26,550 nucleotides of DNA from Mollicutes bacterium (GCA_012510695.1 JAAZHN010000008.1:1-26550), one strand, 5' to 3'. Shown: positions 6,836 to 15,224, counted from the first letter of the stretch. Made by a program: numbers and translations. Notes: a model not told the origin generated them from the letters alone.

Positions 6836-8149
6836 CTATTGAGCACTTGTAACTTGTATTTTTGCTTTAAATGTTCTTCCCTGGTCTTCATTTTGCTCTG
6901 ACCCCGGGTCTTCTAAATAGAAAATTATTTTATAATTATGAGTTGTATTATTAATAACAACATAATCTACATTTAATGATCCTAAGATATTAGTATTAGA
7001 ATTTTTAGGAGCATTTGCTTTATTAACAATATATATTCCATTTAGGATTACATCATATTTAAAATTATTTGTAACAAAATTATTTTCTACATCTTCCCAA
7101 AATAATCTATAACCAATATCAACTGGATTTTCACTTGTTATTGAAAAGTTTTTTTCAATTAATTGATTTGGCAAGACTCCAACTTCATCAACTTCATTTC
7201 CAGTATCAAAATTAATTACATAAACTGGCGTTACCACACTTGATGATGAACTAGAAACGAGTGGTTTTGATGATGAACTTGATGATGAACTTGAACTACT
7301 TGATGATGAGCTTGAACTACTTGATGATGAACTCGATGATGAACTTGGTCTATCTGGTCTTTTTGAACTTGATGAGGAACTACTTGGCTGATCGGGTTCT
7401 TTTGAGGAACTTGGCGTATCTTCTTCACAATTATAATCACAAACTCCATCGCCATCTGTATCACAATATTTATCACAAACACCATCATTATCATAATCAC
7501 AATTGTAATCACAAATACCATCGTTGTTATTATCACAATTTATCTTACATTTATCATCACAGTTATAGTCGCAGACTCCATCGCCATCTGTATCACAGTA
7601 TTTATCACAAACACCATCATTATCATAATCACAATTATAGTCACAAATACCATCTTTATTATTATCGCAATTTAAAATGCATTTGCCTTTTTCATCTTTA
7701 GCGCAGTTTAAATCACATTTTCCATTTCCATCTAAATCGATATTTTCATCTGGCCAACCATCTCCATTAACATCACAGTTAATTTTACATTTTTTACCAG
7801 CCTCTGGTTGATTAATTAAATTTACATCAGGAACACCGTCTCCATCTAAATCAATATTAAATGTAGCTTTAGTTCCACTATAATGGGCAATATTTACATC
7901 AGGAATTCCATCGCCATCAATATCACAGTTAATATCACATTTTCCATCACCTGTTAAATCGATATTAATATCTGGGATTCCATCTCCATCTAAGTCGATA
8001 TTTAATTTCATCGTCTTTGTAACAAAAAACCTAGATGAAAAAGCTATAAAAAAGAACATGAACAAACTCATTATTATTAAAATAATAAGGAGTTTTTTTC
8101 TTTTATCTTCTTTTTCCTCGACTTGTTCAAATGTTTCTTTTTTTTCCAC
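6836..8149 (-). CDS. Membrane-anchored Cys/Asp-rich repeat protein (TSP3-like DxDxDG repeats, poly-Ser linker, TasA/camelysin-like C-terminal domain)
   Basis: GTG start with AGGAGA SD inside the eno 3' end. TM at aa ~20-42, 12-aa repeats at aa 51-241, Ser-rich aa ~246-305, and a C-terminal beta domain ending QNEDQGRTFKAKIQV. Confidence 0.85.
   Translation of the reverse strand: MEKKETFEQVEEKEDKRKKLLIILIIMSLFMFFFIAFSSRFFVTKTMKLNIDLDGDGIPDINIDLTGDGKCDINCDIDGDGIPDVNIAHYSGTKATFNIDLDGDGVPDVNLINQPEAGKKCKINCDVNGDGWPDENIDLDGNGKCDLNCAKDEKGKCILNCDNNKDGICDYNCDYDNDGVCDKYCDTDGDGVCDYNCDDKCKINCDNNNDGICDYNCDYDNDGVCDKYCDTDGDGVCDYNCEEDTPSSSKEPDQPSSSSSSSKRPDRPSSSSSSSSSSSSSSSSSSSSSSSSSSKPLVSSSSSSVVTPVYVINFDTGNEVDEVGVLPNQLIEKNFSITSENPVDIGYRLFWEDVENNFVTNNFKYDVILNGIYIVNKANAPKNSNTNILGSLNVDYVVINNTTHNYKIIFYLEDPGSEQNEDQGRTFKAKIQVTSAQ
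7268..7345 (-). repeat. 26-codon poly-serine tract made of TCA/AGT/AGC/TCG codons, including tandem 21-nt units
   Basis: Plus strand tga tga tga act tga tga tga act tga act act tga tga tga gct tga act act..., encoding S269-S294. Confidence 0.95.
7427..7669 (-). repeat. Intragenic tandem duplication with 132-bp (44-aa) period
   Basis: actccatcgccatctgtatcaca occurs at 7443 and 7575. The copies 7427-7537 and 7559-7669 differ at 10 of 111 nt. Confidence 0.95.
7427..7999 (-). repeat. Array of ~14 twelve-residue repeats, consensus [IC]-D-x-[DN]-x-D-G-x-[CP]-D-x-[NY]
   Basis: IDLDGDGIPDIN / IDLTGDGKCDIN / CDIDGDGIPDVN ... CDYDNDGVCDKY / CDTDGDGVCDYN. Confidence 0.9.
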
Positions 8150-8150
8150 G

Positions 8151-9380
8151 TTATTCTCCTTTTAAAATTTTTTCTTCAATTCTTAGTAATCTATTATATT
8201 TATTAATTCTTTCTCCTCTTGAAGTAGAACCTGTTTTAATATAATTTATACCTAATCCAACTGCTAAATCTGCAATTGAAGTGTCTTCTGTTTCACCACT
8301 TCGATGAGACATTATTGGAATATAATTATTATTTTTAGCTAATTCTACTGTTTGAATTGTTTCTGTTATAGTTCCCACTTGATTTGGTTTAATAATGATT
8401 GAATTACACATCGTTTTATTAATACCTTCTTGTAATACTTCAGCATTTGTAACAAAGAAGTCATCGCCAACTAACATTATTTTGTTACCAACTTCTCTTG
8501 TAAGTGCGATCATATTTTCATCATCATTTTCATCAAATGCATCTTCAATGCTAATTATTGGATAATTATTTATCATGTTTTTATAATAGTTGACTAACTC
8601 AGAACCAGTAATTTGTCTTCCATCAATACTATATAACTTTGTTTCTACATCATAAAATGAACTAGCCGCGACATCTAATGCAATACCAACTTCTACACCT
8701 GGTTTATATCCAGCTTTTTCGATAGCTTGCATGATCAGATTTAATGCTTCATAGTTATTTTCTAAATTAGGAGCAAATCCTCCCTCATCTCCAACACCTG
8801 TTGCTAATCCTTTTTCTTTTAAAATTGATTTTAAATTATGGAATACTTCTGCTCCACATCTTAATCTTTCTTTGAAAGTTTCTTGTTTAGGAACAATCAT
8901 AAACTCTTGAATATCGATGTTGTTATCTGCATGAGCTCCTCCATTGACTATGTTAAACATTGGGAATGGTAGTTTTCTTCCAGGAAACAACTCATACATT
9001 TCTTTATTTTGAACAATTGCCAATGCTTTTAAAACACATAAAGAAACGGATAAGATCGCATTAGCGCCAAAATGATACTTATTTGGCGTGCCGTCAAGTT
9101 CAATTAATTTTTGATCAATTAATTGTTGATTTAATTCTTGATTAATAAAATGGTCCTTAATAATATTATTAACATTATCAACAGCCTTTGTAACACCTTT
9201 TCCAAGATATCTTGAATTATCTTTATCACGAAGTTCATGTGCTTCTTTACTTCCTGTTGAAGCCCCACTAGGGACACTTCCCAACACCCTAATGCCGTTT
9301 TCTAATGTTAGCTCACATTCGATTGTTGGATTTCCTCTTGAATCTAAAATTTCTCTTGCATGTAAATTACTTATTTTCAT
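8151..9380 (-). CDS. eno: Enolase (phosphopyruvate hydratase), 409 aa
   Basis: REILDSRGNPT, VPSGASTG, GDEGGFAP, LVGDD, SHRSGETED, IKTGS, KYNRLLRIEE. Start moved to ATG at 9380 because the track's GTG at 9389 is part of the SD GAGGTG. Confidence 0.97.
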   Translation of the reverse strand: MKISNLHAREILDSRGNPTIECELTLENGIRVLGSVPSGASTGSKEAHELRDKDNSRYLGKGVTKAVDNVNNIIKDHFINQELNQQLIDQKLIELDGTPNKYHFGANAILSVSLCVLKALAIVQNKEMYELFPGRKLPFPMFNIVNGGAHADNNIDIQEFMIVPKQETFKERLRCGAEVFHNLKSILKEKGLATGVGDEGGFAPNLENNYEALNLIMQAIEKAGYKPGVEVGIALDVAASSFYDVETKLYSIDGRQITGSELVNYYKNMINNYPIISIEDAFDENDDENMIALTREVGNKIMLVGDDFFVTNAEVLQEGINKTMCNSIIIKPNQVGTITETIQTVELAKNNNYIPIMSHRSGETEDTSIADLAVGLGINYIKTGSTSRGERINKYNRLLRIEEKILKGE

Positions 9381-9450
9381 TTTTTCCACCTCTAATTATA
9401 TATTTAGTTTACCATTTAGACTATTCTTTTTCAACAATTATGCAAATTTA

Positions 9451-9459
9451 TGATATAAT
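9451..9459 (+). promoter_or_regulatory. Extended -10 promoter for the FemAB-family gene
   Basis: TGATATAAT, 22 nt upstream of the ATG at 9482, in the divergent eno/fem intergenic region. Confidence 0.55.
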
Positions 9460-9481
9460 TTTTTAGTAAAGGACGGTATAA

Positions 9482-10801
9482 ATGAAGATAGTTGAATTAA
9501 CAAAAGATCAATTTGAGAGTTTTACTAATACACACCCCTTAAGAAGCCATTATCAAACGTTTTATTATGGCCAATTATTGAGTGAGTATTATTTTGATTA
9601 TAATTTAATTGGTTATGTCGATCACAACAATAGTATTAAAGCAGCATCTTTAATTGTAACCAAAAGAATTACTTCAATTCATAAGTATGCTTATGCTCCC
9701 AAAGGAATATTGATAGATTATAATGATCCAGGATTAGTAAAAAGTTTTACTAGAGATTTGAAAAAATATTTAAAAAAGAAAAAGATATTTATGTTAAAAA
9801 TTAATCCCGATATTATTATTGGTGAAGCAAGAAAAGAAAATGGTTATAAAACTGTATATAATATCAATTTTGACATCATTAGTATGTTAAGTGGTTTTGG
9901 ATATCTTAAACTTAAAAATAACTTATATTTCGAGTCTCAATTTCCAAGATTTAATACCATTGTTCATTTAGATCAATATAGGGGTTTAAAAAATTTAGCT
10001 AAGAATGTTCGTAATAAGGTTAATAAATCTGAAAGAAGAGGTTTATCATTACAACAAGGAACAGTAGATGATTTAGAGAAATTTTATGAATTTGTGAAAG
10101 ATAAAAGAAGTAGAGGTATTGAATATTACCGAGACTATTATAATTTATTTAATAAAGAGAACCAGATTGATTTGTTTTTGATTAGAGTTGATTATGAAAA
10201 ATATTTAACTACAGCCCAAAAAAGATATAATGATGAATTATCTTTAAATGAAAGTTTAAATAATGAGATGCAAAATAACCCAAATGATAAACTTTTAGCA
10301 AGAAAAATGCAATCTGATCGTGACCTTGCTTCTTATAAAAACGATATTTTAAAAGCAAGTAAAAACATTCATGATGAGAATAGTATAGTTATTGCTGGAG
10401 CTTTAGTAATTAAATATTTTAACAGAGCTTATATCTTAATAAGCGGTTATGATCAAGAATTTAAATTTTTAAGTCCAAATTATTACCTACATTATAAAAT
10501 TATTGAGCATTATAAGAGCTTAAATTTTGAATTTGTAGATTTAAATGGGATGACTGGTGACTTTACCAAAGAGAATCCTTATTATGGCTTAAATAAGTTT
10601 AAATTAGGGTTTAATGATATAGTTTATGAATATATTGGTGAGTTTGACCTTGTTATTAGAAAAAGAGTTTATAATGATTTGAATAATAGTGCTACTTTAG
10701 CAAAAGAATTTAATAAACCATGGGTTAAAAAGGGAGATATTAACTCTGAAGGAATCCATATCTCAGAACAAAAAGAAAATCAAGAAATAGAAAAGTTTTA
10801 A
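9482..10801 (+). CDS. FemAB/MurM-family peptidoglycan interpeptide bridge aminoacyltransferase
   Basis: YAYAPKG, LKINP, a central coiled-coil insert, DLNG..G...GLNKFKLGF, and EYIGEFDL. Confidence 0.85.
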   Translation: MKIVELTKDQFESFTNTHPLRSHYQTFYYGQLLSEYYFDYNLIGYVDHNNSIKAASLIVTKRITSIHKYAYAPKGILIDYNDPGLVKSFTRDLKKYLKKKKIFMLKINPDIIIGEARKENGYKTVYNINFDIISMLSGFGYLKLKNNLYFESQFPRFNTIVHLDQYRGLKNLAKNVRNKVNKSERRGLSLQQGTVDDLEKFYEFVKDKRSRGIEYYRDYYNLFNKENQIDLFLIRVDYEKYLTTAQKRYNDELSLNESLNNEMQNNPNDKLLARKMQSDRDLASYKNDILKASKNIHDENSIVIAGALVIKYFNRAYILISGYDQEFKFLSPNYYLHYKIIEHYKSLNFEFVDLNGMTGDFTKENPYYGLNKFKLGFNDIVYEYIGEFDLVIRKRVYNDLNNSATLAKEFNKPWVKKGDINSEGIHISEQKENQEIEKF

Positions 10802-10827
10802 ACAATAAGATAATCTTATTGTTTTTT
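10801..10827 (+). terminator. Intrinsic terminator of the FemAB-family gene
   Basis: AACAATAAGA-taa-TCTTATTGTT followed by TTTT, beginning in the stop codon. Confidence 0.75.
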
Positions 10828-10845
10828 CATGGGTAATTATTCCAC

Positions 10846-10872
10846 AAAAAAAGTTGTCAAATTGACAACTTT
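10846..10872 (-). terminator. Intrinsic terminator of the rpsL-rpsG-fusA-tuf operon
   Basis: AAAGTTGTCA-aat-TGACAACTTT with an A7 run on plus (U-tract on minus), 11 nt after the tuf stop. Confidence 0.8.
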
Positions 10873-10883
10873 ATTTAGTTAAA

Positions 10884-12050
10884 TTACTTAACGATTTCTG
10901 ATACTACACCAGCACCGACAGTTCTTCCACCTTCTCTGATTGAGAATTTAGTTCCATTTTCAAGTGCTACTGGCGCAATAAGTTCAACAGTCATGTCAAC
11001 ATTATCGCCTGGCATAACCATTTCAACACCAGCTGGTAGTTCTACAACTCCTGTAACGTCTGTAGTTCTAAAATAGAACTGAGGACGATAGTTACTGAAG
11101 AATGGAGTATGTCTTCCACCTTCTTCTTTAGATAGAACATATACACTAGCTTTGAATTTGTTATGAGGTGTTACACTACCTGGTTTAGCTAAAACTTGTC
11201 CTCTTTCAACTTCTTCACGAGTAATTCCACGAAGTAATACTCCGGCATTATCTCCTGCTTCTGCATACTCAAGTTGTTTTCTAAACATTTCGATTCCTGT
11301 AACAACTGTTTTCTTAGTATCTTTTAATCCGACAATTTCAACTTCATCATTTAGATTTAAATGACCTCTTTCAACACGGCCAGTTACAACTGTACCACGT
11401 CCTGAAATTGTAAATACGTCTTCAATACTCATTAAGAATGGTTTATCTACATCTCTAGTTGGTGTTGGAATATACTCATCAACAGCCGCCATTAATTCTT
11501 TAATAGCTTCTACGTATTTTTCATCACCTTCAAGAGCTTTTAATGCAGAACCACGAATGATTGGACATTCAGCATCGAATTCATATTTTTCTAGTAATTC
11601 ACGAATTTCCATTTCTACTAAATCTAGTAATTCTGGGTCATCTACTTGATCACATTTATTCATGAATACTACAATTTTAGGAACTCCTACTTGTCTTGAT
11701 AATAGGATATGTTCAGCAGTTTGAGGCATTGGTCCATCAGCAGCTGATACAACTAGAATTGCTCCATCCATTTGAGCAGCACCTGTAATCATGTTTTTAA
11801 CATAGTCGGCATGTCCTGGACAGTCTACGTGAGCATAATGACGTGATTCAGTCTCATACTCAACGTGAGAAGTACTAATTGTTATTCCTCTTTCTCTTTC
11901 TTCTGGAGCTTTGTCAATTTGATCATATGATTGAAATTCTCCGAATTGTTTTGTAATAGCAGCAGTTAATGTTGTTTTACCATGGTCGACGTGACCAATT
12001 GTTCCAATATTAATATGCGGCTTACTACGATCGAACTTTTGTTTTGCCAT
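10884..12050 (-). CDS. tuf: Elongation factor Tu (388 aa)
   Basis: [41 protein letters not shown]. Start moved to MAKQKF at 12050 (SD AGGAGG). Confidence 0.99.
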   Translation of the reverse strand: MAKQKFDRSKPHINIGTIGHVDHGKTTLTAAITKQFGEFQSYDQIDKAPEERERGITISTSHVEYETESRHYAHVDCPGHADYVKNMITGAAQMDGAILVVSAADGPMPQTAEHILLSRQVGVPKIVVFMNKCDQVDDPELLDLVEMEIRELLEKYEFDAECPIIRGSALKALEGDEKYVEAIKELMAAVDEYIPTPTRDVDKPFLMSIEDVFTISGRGTVVTGRVERGHLNLNDEVEIVGLKDTKKTVVTGIEMFRKQLEYAEAGDNAGVLLRGITREEVERGQVLAKPGSVTPHNKFKASVYVLSKEEGGRHTPFFSNYRPQFYFRTTDVTGVVELPAGVEMVMPGDNVDMTVELIAPVALENGTKFSIREGGRTVGAGVVSEIVK

Positions 12051-12076
12051 AATAAATTCCTCCTTTAACATTTCTA

Positions 12077-12105
12077 ATTTTACCTAATACTTGACATTTT
12101 AGCAA
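12077..12105 (-). promoter_or_regulatory. Internal tuf promoter in the fusA-tuf gap
   Basis: Minus strand TTGCTA-17 nt-TAAAAT, overlapped by the inverted repeat AATACTTG...CAAGTATT (12086-12110). Confidence 0.6.
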
Positions 12106-12115
12106 GTATTATTTA

Positions 12116-14188
12116 TTAATTGGCATTGTTTCTTTTAATTATTTCTTCAGCAATGTTTTTTGGTACTTCTTCGTAATGGTCGAAGGTTGGGGTAAATGTT
12201 CCTCTACCTTGTGAGTTACTACGTAGTGAAGTAGCAAGTCCAAACATTTCTGATAATGGCATCATTACAGTTATTTGTAATGCATTACCACGAGATTCTT
12301 GTCCCATTGGTTTTCCTCGACGACTAGTTAAGTCTCCCATAACGTTTCCAAAATATTCTTCTGGAGTTACAACATCAACTTTCATAATCGGTTCAAGTAA
12401 AACTGGTTTACATTTATTTTTTGCTTCTTTTAAGGCAAGTGAAGCAGCAACTTTAAACGCCATTTCTGATGAGTCAACATCATGATATGATCCATCATAA
12501 AGAGTAGCTTTGACATCAACCATTGGGTATCCTGCAAGAATTCCTCCAGCCATTGCTTCTTGAAGTCCTTTATCAGTTACTGGGATATATTCTCTTGGAA
12601 CAACTCCTCCAACAACTGCATCAACGAATTCATAGCCCTTATCTTTATTTGGTTCGAATTTGATCCAAACATGACCATATTGTCCACGACCACCAGATTG
12701 TTTAATATATTTACCTTCACATTCACCCATTTGAGTTAATGTTTCACGGTAAGCAACTTGTGGTTTTCCTACATTACAATCAACATTGAATTCTCTTCTC
12801 ATTCTTTCAACAAGAACTTCTAAGTGTAATTCACCCATTCCACTTATAACTGTTTGACCAGTTTCTGGATCAGACTTTTGTCTGAATGTTGGGTCTTCTT
12901 CTGCTAATTTTTGTAATGCAGTTGACATCTTATCTTGATCATTTTTACTTTTTGGTTCAATTGCTAAATCAATTACTGGTTCTGGGAAAGCCATACCTTT
13001 CATGATTACTGGGTTTTTCTCACCACATAATGTATCAGCAGTAGAAGTATTCTTTAGACCAACCGCAGCAGCAATTTCTCCTGTATAAACAGCATCTACT
13101 TCTTTTCTTTGATTAGCATGCATTTGTAGGATTCTTCCTACTCTTTCTTTAACTCCCTTTGTTGAGTTATAAATATAACTTCCTGCTTCTAATTTACCTG
13201 AGTAAACTCTAAAGAAAGTTAATTTACCAACAAATGGGTCAGTCATAACTTTAAACGCTAATGCAGTAAACGGTTCTTCATCACTTGGATTTCTAAACAC
13301 GTCTTCATTGTTTTCATCATAACAAGCAATCGCATCAACATCTAATGGACTTGGTAAAAAGTCAATTGCTGCATCAAGAGCAAACTTGATACCCATATTA
13401 GCTTTACCACTTCCTGGCATAACTGGGAAAAACTCAACAGCAAGAGTACCTTTTCTAATAGCCTTCTTAATTAATTCGACTGGCACTTCTTGACCTTCCA
13501 AGTATTTTTCCATTAATTCATCATCAAAATCCGCGACAGCTTCAATAAGTTCGATTCTTTGCTTTTCTGCTAAATCTTTTAAATCAGCTGGGATTTCAAT
13601 TTCTTCTGGTTCTTCAATTTCCTTACCATCATATTTATAGGCTTTCATGTTAATTAAATCGATTAAACCATTGAAACTTTCTTCAGCTCCTATTGGCCAA
13701 GCGATTGGTTTTGCATTAACACCTAATCTTTTACTAATTGAATCTAAACTAAAAGCATAATCTGCTCCAGTTTTATCCATTTTATTAGCAAATAACATTC
13801 TTGGAACTTTAAACTCTGTAGCTTGATGCCAAACAGTTTCAGTTTGTGGTTCTACACCATTTTGAGCATCAATAACTGTTATTGCTCCATCTAATACTCT
13901 TAAACTTCTTTCAACTTCAATTGTAAAGTCTACGTGTCCTGGAGTATCAATTATATTGAAACGGTATCCTTTCCAATTAGCTGTTGTTGCAGCAGAAGTA
14001 ATAGTAATACCACGTTCTTTTTCCTGGTCCATCCAGTCCATTTGTGATTCTCCATCATGAGTTTCACCAATTTTATGAGTACGACCAGTATGAAATAAAA
14101 CTCTTTCAGTAAATGTTGTTTTACCAGCATCTATATGAGCCATTATTCCTATATTTCTTACTTTATTTAATTCTATGTCTCTAGCCAT
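12116..14188 (-). CDS. fusA: Elongation factor G
   Basis: [61 protein letters not shown]. Confidence 0.99.
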   Translation of the reverse strand: MARDIELNKVRNIGIMAHIDAGKTTFTERVLFHTGRTHKIGETHDGESQMDWMDQEKERGITITSAATTANWKGYRFNIIDTPGHVDFTIEVERSLRVLDGAITVIDAQNGVEPQTETVWHQATEFKVPRMLFANKMDKTGADYAFSLDSISKRLGVNAKPIAWPIGAEESFNGLIDLINMKAYKYDGKEIEEPEEIEIPADLKDLAEKQRIELIEAVADFDDELMEKYLEGQEVPVELIKKAIRKGTLAVEFFPVMPGSGKANMGIKFALDAAIDFLPSPLDVDAIACYDENNEDVFRNPSDEEPFTALAFKVMTDPFVGKLTFFRVYSGKLEAGSYIYNSTKGVKERVGRILQMHANQRKEVDAVYTGEIAAAVGLKNTSTADTLCGEKNPVIMKGMAFPEPVIDLAIEPKSKNDQDKMSTALQKLAEEDPTFRQKSDPETGQTVISGMGELHLEVLVERMRREFNVDCNVGKPQVAYRETLTQMGECEGKYIKQSGGRGQYGHVWIKFEPNKDKGYEFVDAVVGGVVPREYIPVTDKGLQEAMAGGILAGYPMVDVKATLYDGSYHDVDSSEMAFKVAASLALKEAKNKCKPVLLEPIMKVDVVTPEEYFGNVMGDLTSRRGKPMGQESRGNALQITVMMPLSEMFGLATSLRSNSQGRGTFTPTFDHYEEVPKNIAEEIIKRNNAN

Positions 14189-14197
14189 ACTATCCTC

Positions 14198-14665
14198 CTA
14201 CCATCTATAATGAGCAAATGCTTTATTAGCTTCAGCCATTCTGTGAACATCTTCACGTTTTTTAACAGCTCCGCCAACACCTTTTGCTGCATCCATTATT
14301 TCATTTGCTAAATTAATAGCCATTCCTTTACCACTTCTTGTTTTAGCATAATTTACTAACCATCTTAGGGCTAATGTTTGTGATCTCTCAGCTGCCACTT
14401 CAACAGGAACTTGGTAATTTGATCCACCAACTCTTCTAGATTTAACTTCAAGAATTGGTTTAATATTTTCTAGTGCTTGATTGAATACATCGATTGCTTT
14501 TTCGCCAGATTCTTTTTCAATAATCGCGAAGGCTTCGTTGAATATTCTTTCAGCAGTTCCACGTTTACCATCATTCATAATTTGATTAACTAGTTTTGTT
14601 ATTAATTTAGAATTATAAACCGGATCTGGTAATACGTCTCTTTTTATCGCACGTCTTTTACGCAT
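14198..14665 (-). CDS. rpsG: 30S ribosomal protein S7
   Basis: [32 protein letters not shown]. Confidence 0.99.
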   Translation of the reverse strand: MRKRRAIKRDVLPDPVYNSKLITKLVNQIMNDGKRGTAERIFNEAFAIIEKESGEKAIDVFNQALENIKPILEVKSRRVGGSNYQVPVEVAAERSQTLALRWLVNYAKTRSGKGMAINLANEIMDAAKGVGGAVKKREDVHRMAEANKAFAHYRW

Positions 14666-14680
14666 AATTTCCTCCTTTAA

Positions 14681-15100
14681 CTATTTTTTTGCTTTATCTT
14701 TTTTTGTTCCATATTTACTACGACTTTGTTTTCTATTTTCAACTCCAGCAGTATCAAGTGCTCCACGAACAATATGATAACGAACCCCGATTAAATCTTG
14801 AGCTCTTCCACCACGAATTAAAACAACACTATGTTCTTGTAAATTATGACCTTCGCCTGGAATGTATGTATCTACTTCACGACCATTTGATAATCTAACA
14901 CGAGCATATTTTCTTAAAGCTGAGTTAGGTTTTTTTGGTGTACGAGTTCCAACTCTTGTACAAACACCTCTCATTTGTGGGTGATCCGTCTTAGTTGTTC
15001 TTCTTGTCATACTATTAAAGCCGACGTTTAAAACTGGACTTTGTTTTTTTCTAGTTTTTCTTTTACGACCCTTTTTAAGTAATTGATTAATTGTAGGCAT
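14681..15100 (-). CDS. rpsL: 30S ribosomal protein S12, with Firmicute-type N-terminal insert
   Basis: [52 protein letters not shown]. Confidence 0.99.
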   Translation of the reverse strand: MPTINQLLKKGRKRKTRKKQSPVLNVGFNSMTRRTTKTDHPQMRGVCTRVGTRTPKKPNSALRKYARVRLSNGREVDTYIPGEGHNLQEHSVVLIRGGRAQDLIGVRYHIVRGALDTAGVENRKQSRSKYGTKKDKAKK

Positions 15101-15116
15101 TTTATTCTCCTTTCAT

Positions 15117-15175
15117 ATACACAGTTCCCGGTGTATCAAATATTCCTTAATAATAGGTTCCACCTAAGTAGAACC
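15117..15175 (-). promoter_or_regulatory. Putative structured 5' leader of rpsL (two hairpins)
   Basis: Minus strand GGTTCTAC-ttag-GTGGAACC (15175-15156) and ATACAC-cgggaact-GTGTAT (15136-15117) just upstream of the SD AAGGAG. Confidence 0.45.
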
Positions 15176-15194
15176 AAAAAATTAATGCATTGTT

Positions 15195-15224
15195 AATATA
15201 TCATTTATTGACTTACATTGTCAA
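15195..15224 (-). promoter_or_regulatory. rpsL operon promoter
   Basis: Minus strand TTGACA-18 nt-TATATT with TG-n extension. The -35 lies in the last codons of the upstream gene. Confidence 0.6.

Noticed and set aside
7427-7669. Possible CRISPR-like direct repeats
   Set aside because: The repeats are in frame, degenerate at third codon positions and have no unique spacers; no cas genes nearby.
7231-7701. His/Asn/Met/Gln-rich ORFs 7261..7701 (+) and 7231..7536 (-)
   Set aside because: Alternative frames of the Asp/Cys and Ser repeats. The third-position-only divergence supports the 437-aa frame.
12091-12119. Plus-strand TTGACA suggesting an antisense promoter into fusA
   Set aside because: No convincing -10 at 16-18 nt; better explained as one arm of the inverted repeat over the tuf promoter.
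14689-14898. Short antisense or alternative-frame ORFs within rpsL, the pilin-like genes, the transporter, murC and uvrA (e.g. 14689..14898, 15344..15601, 16964..17200, 20715..20966, 22910..23152, 23196..23402, 23412..23630, 23479..23682, 24075..24428, 24782..25240)
   Set aside because: All lie within or mostly overlap well-supported genes on the opposite strand or another frame, and lack SD sequences and motifs.
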